A DNA stretch of 64,000 bases from Candidatus Fermentithermobacillaceae bacterium. Its GTDB lineage: Bacteria > Bacillota > Sulfobacillia > Fermentithermobacillales > DUSS01. Position numbers and translations under genes: made by a program. The stretch is from positions 7,206 through 71,205 of the forward strand of contig DYEQ01000076.1 in NCBI GenBank assembly GCA_020725645.1, given 5' to 3'. Shown here piece after piece: positions 47,270 to 57,462 of this stretch; the first letter of the stretch is position 1, and every line of letters starts with the position of its first letter. The notes under the pieces were generated by a model. It saw only the letters and a list, made by a program, of their open reading frames with translations. It searched no databases and was not told where the DNA came from.

Positions 47270-49167
47270 CTGCCTTCGGACGACGGGGTCTCAGGTCTCA
47301 GAGTAAGCGTGTTAACCATCTTCCCGTCGAAATATATGTCTATCTTAGCTTCGGCACCAATCCATTCGACGGATACCTCAAAATGCTCCCCCGACTTTCT
47401 ATCCTGTTCTAGCACGGTTCTTTCCCCTTTGGCGTCCTTGAGTACCAGTTTTACCCGGACCGTATCCTTATCGACTTTTGGAACCGAGATGGGTATTATC
47501 CTGACATTTGTCGCTGGTCCCGTCCCCAGCGATACCGTGACGATTATCTCCGTCCCTACAGGCACCTCAGTTCCGGGTATATGCGATTGGCTTATTACCG
47601 TTCCAGCGGGTTGGTCGCCCGGGAGCGGTAGGAACCTGGGCTTGAGAAGAGCCTTTTCCAACTCGTCCTTGGCCTGATCCCGCATCATACCAACGACGTT
47701 CGGGACGATCGCAGTTGTGGGCATCGGGCCTTTGGACACCTCGATATCAACGGTGGTTCCCTTCGGCACCTCTATGTCGGGCTTCGGGTTTTGACTGACC
47801 ACTTTACTCGCAGGAACCGTGGGATGGAAGACGGGCACGGAATTGCCGAGGATGAGGTTAGCTTCCTCCAGCATAAGGGAAGCTTCCCTCACGTCCTTAC
47901 CTATCAGATCGGGGACTTTTACCATCTCCCTCCCTTTTGAAACCACCAGACGGACCTCTCGTCCTTGTTTCACCGTATCTCCGGCCTCCGGCACCTGGTT
48001 AATAACACACCCCCGAGGCACTTCCGGGTCATACCTCTCCGCCGCCATCACCGCTACAAGGCCCTTCTCCATCAAGATAGCTTGTGCTTCCAGGAACGGT
48101 TTCCCTTCGACGTTTGGGACCTCGACGAGAGGAACTTCCATCCACCTATTGAAGGCGTATATACCGGCTGCGACCAGTCCGAGAAACAGCACCATGGCGG
48201 CGAGGAAGATCTTCACCGCCAAACTCATCCCCCGCTTCGGTCGTCTTCTTTTCCTTGCCAAATCTTCGTCCCCTTCCGCCGATGCTTCTTCGATTTGTAG
48301 ATCTTCCGCTCTCATCTGTGCCCCAGTTCCGGTTTGAACCGGAAAACTCATCTTGATGGCTCTCATTAGGTCCTTCGCCGACGAGAACCTGTCTGCGGGT
48401 TTCTTGGCGAGACACTTCATGACCAGAGCTTCCACAGCCGGCGGGACGTCTGGCCGAGACCGTCTAATCGAAGGCACTTCCCCCTCCAGGTGGCGCATGG
48501 CCATGCCCACCGTGGACTCAGCTTGAAACGGCGGACGCCCCACGAGCATTTCAAAGAGAACCACCCCGAGAGAGTAGATGTCCGTCGCCGCCGAAACCTC
48601 GCCGTTGGAGACCTGCTCGGGGGACATGTAAGGCAACGAACCCACCACGAGGTCACCGGTGGTGGATACCCCGCCGACCGCTCTCGCGATACCGAAATCG
48701 GTCACCTTTACGAGCCCTGTCTCGGTTATGAGGATGTTCTGGGGCTTTATGTCCCGGTGGATGATGCCCCGGGCATGTGCTTCATGAAGGCCGCTCGCCA
48801 CCTGAGCCGCTATGTCCAGAGCCTGGGCAACCGGAAGGCGGCCTGCTTGCTTCAGTTTTTGCCTTAAGGTCATCCCCTCCACCAGTTCCATTACGATGTA
48901 GTAGAGCCCGTAATCCTCGCCTACGTCGTAAATGGCGACTATGTTGGGATGGGACAATCTGGCGGCAGCTTGGGCCTCCCTGCGGAAACGAGCCACGAAC
49001 TCCTCATCTTCGGCCATTTCCTGGCGGAGAAGTTTTACCGCGACGTTCCTCCCGAGAACCGTATCGAACGCCTTCCATACGACGGCCATGCCTCCTCCGC
49101 CAAGTTTTTCCTTAATTTCATACCTGTTTGAAAGCTTCCGCCCTATCATTTCGTCGCGCTCACGCAA
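47266..49167 (-). CDS. prkC: Ser/Thr protein kinase with PASTA repeats (PrkC-like)
   Basis: The Hanks kinase domain (LGGGGMAVVWKA...HRDIKPQNILI...DFGIA) is followed by a TM helix and PASTA-like repeats (VEVPNVEGKPFLEAQAILMEKGL...). Confidence 0.9.
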   Translation of the reverse strand: MRERDEMIGRKLSNRYEIKEKLGGGGMAVVWKAFDTVLGRNVAVKLLRQEMAEDEEFVARFRREAQAAARLSHPNIVAIYDVGEDYGLYYIVMELVEGMTLRQKLKQAGRLPVAQALDIAAQVASGLHEAHARGIIHRDIKPQNILITETGLVKVTDFGIARAVGGVSTTGDLVVGSLPYMSPEQVSNGEVSAATDIYSLGVVLFEMLVGRPPFQAESTVGMAMRHLEGEVPSIRRSRPDVPPAVEALVMKCLAKKPADRFSSAKDLMRAIKMSFPVQTGTGAQMRAEDLQIEEASAEGDEDLARKRRRPKRGMSLAVKIFLAAMVLFLGLVAAGIYAFNRWMEVPLVEVPNVEGKPFLEAQAILMEKGLVAVMAAERYDPEVPRGCVINQVPEAGDTVKQGREVRLVVSKGREMVKVPDLIGKDVREASLMLEEANLILGNSVPVFHPTVPASKVVSQNPKPDIEVPKGTTVDIEVSKGPMPTTAIVPNVVGMMRDQAKDELEKALLKPRFLPLPGDQPAGTVISQSHIPGTEVPVGTEIIVTVSLGTGPATNVRIIPISVPKVDKDTVRVKLVLKDAKGERTVLEQDRKSGEHFEVSVEWIGAEAKIDIYFDGKMVNTLTLRPETPSSEGR

Positions 49168-50065
49168 GGGAATTCACCTCCGGGCCTCCTCCGGTATCGA
49201 CCCAGAAGACTACCAGTGTAATGTTATCGTATCCGCCCCTGGAATTGGCGAGATTTGCGAGGAAACTCGAAACTTCCGACCTGGGCCTGGTCTTTACAGC
49301 TTCGAGGATCTCCGAAGAACTCACTAACGTGGTAAGACCATCGGTGCAAAGGAGCACCGCGTCGCAATCTTTCAACTTTTCGTGGTAGGACGATACCGGA
49401 AGATCCGCTTCCGTGCCCAGAGCAAGAGTAAGGATGTGGCGCTGTGGATGGCGCATAGCTTCGTCCTCGGAGAGGGCCCCGTTCTTCACCAATTCGCCTA
49501 CAATGGAATGGTCTTCACTGATTTGTTTGATAACGCCGGAAGAAATCAAGTACGCCCGGGAATCACCCACATGGGAAACGTACAGGTCGTTCCCCTGGAT
49601 CAGGGCAGCTGTCAGAGTTGTCCCCATTCCCGGGTAACCGAAGAGTCCGAGAGCTTCCTTATACACGACTTCGTTGGCCTTCCTCACTCCGTTTTCGAGG
49701 GCTTCCGGCAAGCTCCGGGGCGCGTGCTCTCCTGGCTCAACCTCCTCCGCAAGGTTTCTTTTGCCTTCATCGCCGTCATCCCACCCAGCTACCGCGCGAA
49801 CCAGGTAATCGTAGCAAGTCTGGATGGCCAATTTGGACGCAAACTCCCCTCCTTCGAATCCACCCATGCCGTCGGCCACGGCTAGAAACCACAGATCCGG
49901 TTTTTCTCGTATCCGTCTAACAAGCCACGCATCTTCGTTTTTGCTTCTCACCAAACCGGGCAGGCTCTTAGCGTCCCAACGCAACCCCATCACCTCCGGG
50001 AGCTTGGCCGTTCCTAGATTTTCGCTCCGTCGCCCATCCCGTCCTTTTTTATTGAATGAACACAC
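49160..50065 (-). CDS. prpC: PP2C-family Ser/Thr phosphatase (PrpC/Stp)
   Basis: The PP2C motifs RSKNEDAWLV, VADGMGG, LCTDGL and the C-terminal SRGGYDNITLVV are present. Confidence 0.85.
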   Translation of the reverse strand: MCSFNKKGRDGRRSENLGTAKLPEVMGLRWDAKSLPGLVRSKNEDAWLVRRIREKPDLWFLAVADGMGGFEGGEFASKLAIQTCYDYLVRAVAGWDDGDEGKRNLAEEVEPGEHAPRSLPEALENGVRKANEVVYKEALGLFGYPGMGTTLTAALIQGNDLYVSHVGDSRAYLISSGVIKQISEDHSIVGELVKNGALSEDEAMRHPQRHILTLALGTEADLPVSSYHEKLKDCDAVLLCTDGLTTLVSSSEILEAVKTRPRSEVSSFLANLANSRGGYDNITLVVFWVDTGGGPEVNSLA

Positions 50066-50091
50066 CTTTCAAAACTTGACATCTCTTTGAT

Positions 50092-51462
50092 TCAATGGCA
50101 TCGAACGACTCTGGCTATGAAGAACCCGTCCGTTCCATGGACGTGTGGGAGCAGGACGACCGTTCCGGGTATAACCGAACGCGATCTCCCAACGCCAAAG
50201 GAATTCCTATCCTCGAACATACTCGGCGGGAGCAAGGGTCGGGGATCCGAGGGGGAAAAGTCAGGATGGTTCCGAAGAAACTCCGAGAAAACCCCCTGGT
50301 TTTCTTCATCCGTGAGGGTACAGGTGCTGTAAACCAGCACACCCCCGGGTTTTACTAAAGGCGCAACGGCATTCAGGATCTTTCTCTGGATGTCCACCAT
50401 TGCGCTTACGTCTTCTTCCCTTCGCCGCCAGCGGAGATCCGCACGGCGTCTCAAGACTCCCAGCCCGGTGCACGGGGCGTCAACCAGCACCCGGTCGAAC
50501 GGCCCCTCGATTTGGGCCGCGACTGTTTCGGGGTCAGTCACGTCCAACCGAATGGTTCGAATGCTTTCCAGGCCAAGCCTCGTCGCCGACTCCCTCAGAA
50601 GACCCAGTCCTCCTTCATACTTGTCGGTGGCCACGACCAGCCCATGGTCTCCCATGAGTTCGGCGAGATGCGTGGCTTTTCCGCCGGGCGCCGCGCAGGC
50701 ATCCCATACCGCTTCGCCGGGCTGAGGATCTACCGCCAGTGACACGGCCATAGCTCCTTCGTCTTGGACCGAAAAAAAACCATCGCGGTAACCGGGAAGA
50801 TCCGTCACCGGTCCCGCTTTGGTCACCTCGACGGATATATCGAGGTGCCGTCCGGGTCGAGCTTGCACCCCCGCTTTACGTAAAAGGTCCAACAGGGTAT
50901 CCCGGGTTGTTCTGAGAACGTTGGCCCGCAACGTCACGGATGGAACCCCCTGATCGAAAGAAGCTAGCTCGAGAGCTCCTCTTTCGCCGAAGGCGTCTAT
51001 GAACCGGCGCACCATCCACCTGGGATGAGAAAACCGCACCTCAATGTAAGATTCCAGGTCCTCGATGGGAGGCATCTCGAGGTGCCCCGTGTGCTCCGCC
51101 ACCCGCCTCAGCACGGCATTGACCAGGGCGTTTTGAGGGCGAGCTTTTCCGACCGCATCAACCGTGGCCGAGACAGCTGCCGGCGCAGGTATACGCGTGA
51201 AGAGCATCTGATAGACTCCTAGCCGTAGCGCCTCCCTCACTCTAGTCTCCAACCGTTCCAGCGGGTACCTCGACCACGAGGCGATGACGCTATCCAGAAC
51301 GTTCCGCCACCTCCAGGTCCCCATCACCAGCTCCTCACAAAGAGCACGGTCCTCCGGGGACAAAGCTCGGAAGCTTTTGCCCTGAAAAGGGCTGGCCCGG
51401 AAAGCTCCTTTCTCTCCGCCGCAAAGAATATCGAGAGCAACTTTCCGGGCCGTTGGTCCCAT
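50092..51462 (-). CDS. rsmB: 16S rRNA m5C967 methyltransferase RsmB (Sun)
   Basis: A NusB-like N-domain is followed by a SAM methyltransferase domain (VWDACAAPGGKATHLAEL, DRVLVDAPCTGLGVLRRRADLRW, VYSTCTL). Confidence 0.85.
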   Translation of the reverse strand: MGPTARKVALDILCGGEKGAFRASPFQGKSFRALSPEDRALCEELVMGTWRWRNVLDSVIASWSRYPLERLETRVREALRLGVYQMLFTRIPAPAAVSATVDAVGKARPQNALVNAVLRRVAEHTGHLEMPPIEDLESYIEVRFSHPRWMVRRFIDAFGERGALELASFDQGVPSVTLRANVLRTTRDTLLDLLRKAGVQARPGRHLDISVEVTKAGPVTDLPGYRDGFFSVQDEGAMAVSLAVDPQPGEAVWDACAAPGGKATHLAELMGDHGLVVATDKYEGGLGLLRESATRLGLESIRTIRLDVTDPETVAAQIEGPFDRVLVDAPCTGLGVLRRRADLRWRRREEDVSAMVDIQRKILNAVAPLVKPGGVLVYSTCTLTDEENQGVFSEFLRNHPDFSPSDPRPLLPPSMFEDRNSFGVGRSRSVIPGTVVLLPHVHGTDGFFIARVVRCH

Positions 51463-51466
51463 CTAG

Positions 51467-52159
51467 TCAGTCCCGCCTCGACCTCAAAAGGAACAGTCGA
51501 AGGAATTGAGCTATCGCCATCGCGGTGGCCGCGACGTAAGTGAGAGCGGCGGCGTTCAGCACTTCTCCCACGGGCCTTACCTCGTCCCGGGAAATGTACC
51601 CGCCACCTTCCAGCATTTCCATAGCTCTTCGGGATGCGTTGTACTCAACGGGAAGGGTGATGACTTGGAAAACCACGGCACCCCCGAAAAGGAGGAGACC
51701 CAAATCCATGAGGAAACCGCTGTTCGTGAAAAGACCCATGATGAAGAGGGGAAACGCCGCCATCGACGCAAACTGCGCCACCGGAACCAGCCCATTCCTT
51801 ATCTGCAACCCCGCGTATCCCACCGCATGCTGAACGGCGTGCCCCACCTCGTGAGCTGCTACGGCCAGGGCAGCGACGGACGAGCTATCCATAGTTCCCG
51901 TCGAAAGCCTCAGAGTCCTGCTCCTGGGATCGTAATGATCCGATAAAGCTCCCGGTATCCTCTCTATTTCCACATCGTCCAGTCCGGCCTGGCGCAGAAG
52001 ACCTTTCGCCACTTCGTAGGCGGAATAGCCTCTTGAGGATCTGACTCTTGAATACTTCTCATAAGCAGTTCGGACTTGCATCTGCGCCCAGATGGCGAAA
52101 ACCAGGGCAGGCAAGACGAATAGAATATAGCCGCTGTCAAAGAAGAAGTACGGCATCAT
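51467..52159 (-). CDS. YugP-like membrane zinc metallopeptidase
   Basis: The HExxH motif (AAHEVGHAVQH), an N-terminal TM helix and C-terminal hydrophobic segments are present, in the conserved ylo neighbourhood. Confidence 0.65.
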   Translation of the reverse strand: MMPYFFFDSGYILFVLPALVFAIWAQMQVRTAYEKYSRVRSSRGYSAYEVAKGLLRQAGLDDVEIERIPGALSDHYDPRSRTLRLSTGTMDSSSVAALAVAAHEVGHAVQHAVGYAGLQIRNGLVPVAQFASMAAFPLFIMGLFTNSGFLMDLGLLLFGGAVVFQVITLPVEYNASRRAMEMLEGGGYISRDEVRPVGEVLNAAALTYVAATAMAIAQFLRLFLLRSRRD

Positions 52160-53619
52160 TTTACCCCTCCTTTAGCGTGTCCATCTCCAAACCGGCTGGG
52201 AAGCCCCGCCCGCCCCCTGAGAAAAGCCGCAGCTGACATCGGCCTTTTCCCCGAAGGCTGCACCGTAACCAGGCCCAGGGTGCCTTCGCCGCACGCCACG
52301 GCGACCTGGTCTACGTCCACGGACAGGATTTCGCCCGGAACGCCCGCGGCTTTTTCTCTAGACAAGACCCGGGTTTCCCAGAGTTTAATACGTTCGCCAC
52401 GGTACCAGGTCGTCGCGCCCGGTTCGGGGGAAAGCGCTCGCACCAGGTTGTGAATCTCGATGGCGCTCCTATTCCAGTTTACCACCTCTTCGCCGGGCTT
52501 CAACAGGGGGGCCTTAGTGGCCTTCGACGCGTCCTGCGGGGTGCGAGGCGCCGAACCGGCTCTGATGAGTAAAATCGCTTCTATGAGGGAGTGGGCTCCC
52601 AGGGACGCAAGCCTCTTTTCGAGGGTACCGAAAGTCTCATCCGGTCCGATTTCCACAGCTTTTTGGACGCAAATGTCACCAGCATCCATTTCTTCGGACA
52701 TCCACATTATGGTCACGCCGGTGGTCGTTCGCCCATCCATGATCGCCCTTCGAATGGGGTTAGCTCCCCGGTACTCCGGTAAGAGCGAAGCATGGACGTT
52801 CAGCGCCCCCATCTTCGGAAGCGCCAGGATCTCGCCGGGGATTTTCTGACCGTACGCCGAAACCACTATTAAGTCGGGCGAAGCTTCCTCAATCGCCCTC
52901 ACGCTTTCGGGGGAACCCACTTTTTCGGGGGTTATCACGGGTATGCCGAGCTCCCGCGCCCTGACCTCCACCGGAGTGGGAGTGAGCTTCCGTTTCCGCC
53001 CTTTGGGCCTCGGGGGTTGCGTCACCACGAGTTTCACTGGGAAACCCGCCCTCACCAGTTCGTCCAAAGAGGGAAGGGCGAACTCGGGACTGCCCATGAA
53101 AACGACCGCCGGCAGCGCCAGCGTCTCGGCGACGACTTCGCCCGCCTCTTCTTCCGGCACTTTCGTGACTGCCGATGCGCGATCGAGGAAGACGACCCCG
53201 TCCAGGTGGTCTATTTCGTGCTGAAGAGCTCTGGAGAGAAGTCCATCTCCATCCATCCAGAACTCGTGGCCATCCCGGTCCAATGCTTTTACCGTAACCC
53301 TGGCGTATCGCTCGACCTCTCCCAAAAGTCCGGGGAAGCTCAAGCACCCCTCCCAGGCGGTTTCCGTTTCGTCCGAAGTTCGGACTATCTCGGGATTCAC
53401 GAGAAAGCGGGGTCCTTCCCCCACATCGACCACCACCAGCCGCTTGGACACCCCGATCTGCGGCGCAGCTAAACCCACTCCCTGAGCTTCCTTCATGGTA
53501 TCCAGCATGTCATCTAAGATCTGCCGGATTTCCCTGGTAACCTTCCGAACGGGTTTTGCCTTTTTCCTCAAGACCGGGTCGTCAAACTTCCGTATTTCCT
53601 TCGCCGCCACCGGCGTCAC
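52156..53619 (-). CDS. def-fmt: Single ORF fusing peptide deformylase (N-terminal ~165 aa) to methionyl-tRNA formyltransferase (C-terminal ~310 aa)
   Basis: Def motifs GVGLAAPQIG, EGCLSFPG and QHEIDHLDG are followed in-frame by the linker DRASAVTKVPEEEAGEVVAETLALPA. Fmt motifs follow: VVFMGSPEFALPSL, VVTQPPRPKGRKRK, NVHASLLPEYRGANPI, TGVTIMWMSEEMDAGDI. I re-translated the junction (53110-53200) from the DNA and found no stop. Confidence 0.8.
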   Translation of the reverse strand: MTPVAAKEIRKFDDPVLRKKAKPVRKVTREIRQILDDMLDTMKEAQGVGLAAPQIGVSKRLVVVDVGEGPRFLVNPEIVRTSDETETAWEGCLSFPGLLGEVERYARVTVKALDRDGHEFWMDGDGLLSRALQHEIDHLDGVVFLDRASAVTKVPEEEAGEVVAETLALPAVVFMGSPEFALPSLDELVRAGFPVKLVVTQPPRPKGRKRKLTPTPVEVRARELGIPVITPEKVGSPESVRAIEEASPDLIVVSAYGQKIPGEILALPKMGALNVHASLLPEYRGANPIRRAIMDGRTTTGVTIMWMSEEMDAGDICVQKAVEIGPDETFGTLEKRLASLGAHSLIEAILLIRAGSAPRTPQDASKATKAPLLKPGEEVVNWNRSAIEIHNLVRALSPEPGATTWYRGERIKLWETRVLSREKAAGVPGEILSVDVDQVAVACGEGTLGLVTVQPSGKRPMSAAAFLRGRAGLPSRFGDGHAKGGVK

Positions 53620-53750
53620 CTCACATCAGATGCGCATAAGGCTTCAGGCGCATCTTTTCGAATTCCCTTCTGACATCCCGCTGCGCCATAAGCGATAAAC
53701 TTTCCGGCGCGGGTTCTGTAAAAGCTCACAGTTATAGCCGTGAGAGGTTT

Positions 53751-55814
53751 TCAGACCAGCCGAACCGGGTCAACATCCACGGTGATTCTGGTGCCGGACC
53801 CGATTTCCCAGAAAATCTCCTCCGCTTTCGATGCGAGGGCGGTCACCTTCGCGCGGTCCGGACCCTTCAGTAAAATATGCCAGCGGTAGGCGCCCCGTAC
53901 TCTCTCCTTTAGACAGGGGGCCGGTCCGAGGACAGTCACCCTTCCTTCGCCGGAAACCTCGTCCTGCTCCAAGCTTAACGCTTCTGCCCGAAGTTTCTCC
54001 GCGAGGCCCGAGGCCTTTTCTCTTACCTTTCCCTCGCCTTTCCCCACCACCTCGATGCGGGCGAGGACACCAAAAGGAGGATATCCCAACGCTTTTCTAT
54101 CTTCCATCTCTTCCTCGTAAAAAAGGTCTTCGTCCTTTTCGGCGATCCACCTTATCGAACGTCTTAACGGGTCAAAAGCCTGCAGAACAAAGACACCCGT
54201 CTTCTCGTCGAGGAGATCCCACAGCCGGGACAGGGTGAGATAAGCATCCTCTTCCACGTTAAATCCGGGGAGACCGAGTCTGGAACCGGCGAAGGGTACC
54301 GCAACCAGTTCAAGCGGTCCGGACTGAAGCGCCGTCGCAACCCCTATAGCCATCTCAGTGCCGATGAGGCACGCTGGTCTCGTAGAGAGGAACCTTCCTA
54401 CGGTCGTCTCGGGCTCTTCGAGCCTGGCGGTGTCCGCGTCCACGCGGAAAACAGGGACCTCCGGGAAAAGCCGGGAGAACTCTTCCTCCAGCCGCTCGGT
54501 GCCGAAGCCCCTTGGCTTTAGGGAGTATCCTCCGCATTCGGGACACGTCTCAGGGACGGGGGTGGAGTGCCCGCAGACGTGACACACCATAGACCTCGAC
54601 CCGGAATGAAATGAGAGAGCCACCGAGCATCTCGGGCAAACCGGAACGTAACCGCAATCCCCACAGAAGAGGGCCCTTCCATATCCCCGCTGGTTGAGGA
54701 AGATAAAAGCTCTGCCTTTGCGGTCGAAGCAATCTTTGAGCGCGTCCGCCATCTTCCAGGATAGTATCTTGCCCTTCCGGCGATACTTGCGCGCTTCGAT
54801 GACCTGAACCTCACCGGGGTAGCGCGGACCTTCATCTTTTAGAAGGTCGTACGTCCCGCTGTTCAGGGCAAACCGGGAATTCACCGGTAACCGGCTGACC
54901 CCTATGATGACTCGGGCCCCTTGAAATCTTCCGCGCATGACGGACACGGTGCGCGCGTCGTACCTCGGATGGTCTTCAGCCTTGTAGGAATCGTCTTCTT
55001 CAAGATCCACTATTATCAGGGAAAGGTCTTTTACCGGGGCGAATACGCCCAGCCTGGTACCGAGGACGAGTCTTTTCTCTCCCCGGAGTAAGCGGAGCCA
55101 TTCTTCCCTTCGCCTCTTGTCAGTCATGCCGGAGTGAACTTCGGCAAGGGTTTCGCCGAAAAGGGGCCTAATCTTATCCTTGACTCTTCGGACGGCCCGC
55201 ACTTCCGGGAGGAGAAACAGCACGCCCCGCCCCCGGAAAACCTCGTTTTGGATCTGCTCGAGAAATACATCGAACCTGAAGGACTCGGTCCCCCGGACGA
55301 TGAGGGGCTTCGTCCCTTCGCAGGTCACTTGCTCGCGGTTCATCTCTCCCAGCTCGGGCCGTTTCAGGTCCTCGCAGGGGCTCTCGCCGTTAGCTGGGCG
55401 CACGCCGGGAGCGCTCTTTCGCGTGGGAGCGACCGTCTCTTCCAGGGGCCCTTCACCCTTCGCACGGGGTACGCCCGGAGGCCACAAGCATCCCCACACG
55501 GAGGCGACGGGAACGGCATAATATCTCGCGACCTCTTCCCCGAATTCGACGAGATCCGCCGGGGGAAGGTACCGCCGGTCGTAAAGTGTGGATATGTCTT
55601 TAACGGCGACTCCCTCGGGCTCCAGCCCTTCCCCCAGGATGAAACCATTGGCCATTCTCGGGCCGAAGGGGACGGAAACCATGAGACCTTTGACCGGCCT
55701 CGTCCCGGGAGGCAGGTAGTAGGAATAGGGACGATTCCCAATGCCGGGCACATCCACAAGAACGTTCACACATATTTTTCCGCTCAACGCGAGGACCCCT
55801 CTACAAAGAGACAC
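53751..55814 (-). CDS. priA: primosomal protein N' (PriA helicase)
   Basis: 687-aa ORF with helicase motifs and the Cys-rich zinc-binding region (CGDCGYVPVCPRCSVALSFH...CHVCGH...CPECG). Confidence 0.9.
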   Translation of the reverse strand: MSLCRGVLALSGKICVNVLVDVPGIGNRPYSYYLPPGTRPVKGLMVSVPFGPRMANGFILGEGLEPEGVAVKDISTLYDRRYLPPADLVEFGEEVARYYAVPVASVWGCLWPPGVPRAKGEGPLEETVAPTRKSAPGVRPANGESPCEDLKRPELGEMNREQVTCEGTKPLIVRGTESFRFDVFLEQIQNEVFRGRGVLFLLPEVRAVRRVKDKIRPLFGETLAEVHSGMTDKRRREEWLRLLRGEKRLVLGTRLGVFAPVKDLSLIIVDLEEDDSYKAEDHPRYDARTVSVMRGRFQGARVIIGVSRLPVNSRFALNSGTYDLLKDEGPRYPGEVQVIEARKYRRKGKILSWKMADALKDCFDRKGRAFIFLNQRGYGRALFCGDCGYVPVCPRCSVALSFHSGSRSMVCHVCGHSTPVPETCPECGGYSLKPRGFGTERLEEEFSRLFPEVPVFRVDADTARLEEPETTVGRFLSTRPACLIGTEMAIGVATALQSGPLELVAVPFAGSRLGLPGFNVEEDAYLTLSRLWDLLDEKTGVFVLQAFDPLRRSIRWIAEKDEDLFYEEEMEDRKALGYPPFGVLARIEVVGKGEGKVREKASGLAEKLRAEALSLEQDEVSGEGRVTVLGPAPCLKERVRGAYRWHILLKGPDRAKVTALASKAEEIFWEIGSGTRITVDVDPVRLV

Positions 55815-55827
55815 ACGTCTGGGTGTT

Positions 55828-57117
55828 TCAACGGTTCCGACGTTTCTCCAGGAGGGACTTTATTCTATCGAGGATGATATGGGATGCCTCTTCTTTGGGC
55901 ACGAGGCCCAGATCCTCCTTATGCCCGTCCGGATAAAACAAAGTGAGGATATCAGTGTCGCTGCCAAAGCCGGAGTCCGGGCGATGTACGGGATTGGCAC
56001 ATATTATATCCAGGTTTTTTTCGGCGAGTTTCTTCCTGGCGTTTGACTCCAGGTCTTCCGTCTCCGCGGCGAAACCCACCAGGATGCGGTCGCCTTTCTC
56101 CACACCCAGGGTCTTCATTATGTCGGGAGTGGGGACCAGGGTTACCGTCGCCTCCGCGCCGGTCTTCTTGATCTTTTGGTCATGGTACAGAGCAGGCCCG
56201 AAATCGCACGGAGCCGCCGCCCCTATTGCCACCTGGACCCGGGGAAAGATCTCGAGGCAGGCGTCGAGCATCTCCCGTGTGGTCTCCACTTTCCTCAAGA
56301 CCGCCCCTGGCGGAGGGGCAAGAGAAACCGGTCCGGAAACGAGGTGGACGGCGGCACCTCTCTCAAGACATGCCCGCGCCAGAGCGTAACCCATTTTGCC
56401 GCTAGAGGGATTGGATATGAACCTCACGGGGTCAAACCATTCCCGGGTCGGACCGGCCGTTATGAGAAAAGACAGTCCCTCGAGATCCCTTTTGGGGCAC
56501 GCGAGTTTCACGATTTCGTCGACGATTATTTCCGGGTCCGGCAGCCTTCCTTTGCCCATCGCGCCGCACGCGAGTCTTCCGTATTCGGGCTCGAGGATGT
56601 GGTATCCGAGAGAACGGAGCTTTTCGATGTTCCCTTGAACTACCGGGTTCTCGTACATGTTGTGATTCATCGCGGGACAGACGAGTTTTGGAGCGGTACA
56701 AGCCATCACAGTGGTCGTGACGAAATCGTCCGCTATCCCCGAAGCTATCTTCCCTATTGCATTGGCTGTGCACGGTACGAGGACCATGACATTGGCGGCC
56801 TCCGCCATCGATACGTGCTCCACGTTCCAAACCCGCGGTTCCTCGAACATTTCCACGACAACGGGGTTGCCGGAAATGGTGCGGAAAGTCATCGGGGTCA
56901 CGAATTGGGTGGCGTTTTTCGTCATCATAACCCTGACCGTGGCACCAAGCTTAACCAGGCGCGAGACTACCTCTACAGCTTTGTACGCAGCTATACCACC
57001 GGTCACTCCGACGACGATGGTCTTTCCTTTAAGCATGAGTTCACCCCCGACCGCTGTGGAGGTTGGGCTGTCCCGGGCAATGGCAAGAAACCTCGTTTCA
57101 TCCCGTGCAATATACAC
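55828..57117 (-). CDS. coaBC: bifunctional phosphopantothenoylcysteine decarboxylase/synthetase
   Basis: An N-terminal flavoprotein domain (KTIVVGVTGGIAAYKA) is followed by a C-terminal CoaB domain (ITAGPTREWFDPVRFISNPSSGKMG). Confidence 0.9.
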   Translation of the reverse strand: MYIARDETRFLAIARDSPTSTAVGGELMLKGKTIVVGVTGGIAAYKAVEVVSRLVKLGATVRVMMTKNATQFVTPMTFRTISGNPVVVEMFEEPRVWNVEHVSMAEAANVMVLVPCTANAIGKIASGIADDFVTTTVMACTAPKLVCPAMNHNMYENPVVQGNIEKLRSLGYHILEPEYGRLACGAMGKGRLPDPEIIVDEIVKLACPKRDLEGLSFLITAGPTREWFDPVRFISNPSSGKMGYALARACLERGAAVHLVSGPVSLAPPPGAVLRKVETTREMLDACLEIFPRVQVAIGAAAPCDFGPALYHDQKIKKTGAEATVTLVPTPDIMKTLGVEKGDRILVGFAAETEDLESNARKKLAEKNLDIICANPVHRPDSGFGSDTDILTLFYPDGHKEDLGLVPKEEASHIILDRIKSLLEKRRNR

Positions 57118-57189
57118 AGGAGGGCGCCGTCACACGCCCTCCCCGGCCCTGGTGATCCCAGACCTCGTCCTTTTCTGAAAGTTTTCCTG

Positions 57190-57462
57190 CTACGAGCCGT
57201 CCTGTTCGCCCTGGGTTCGGTCGGCCATGTCATCCTTGCCCATCCTACCCGCTTTACCCGTCTTGTTCGCTTCGTCCGGCCGCACGACCTTGACCTTGTC
57301 CTCCAAGATCTCCGTCAACGCGACGGTTACAGCTTTCCTGGTGTCAAGAAGGGTCTGCTTCCTGGTGGCCACTATCTGCCTGGCTCTCTTCGCGGTCGCG
57401 ATCACCAGGGCGTATTTGGAGTTCACCTTTTTCACCAGGCTCTCTATAGGCGGATTGAGCAT
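57190..57462 (-). CDS. rpoZ: DNA-directed RNA polymerase subunit omega
   Basis: [30 protein letters not shown] is canonical RpoZ. Confidence 0.85.
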   Translation of the reverse strand: MLNPPIESLVKKVNSKYALVIATAKRARQIVATRKQTLLDTRKAVTVALTEILEDKVKVVRPDEANKTGKAGRMGKDDMADRTQGEQDGS

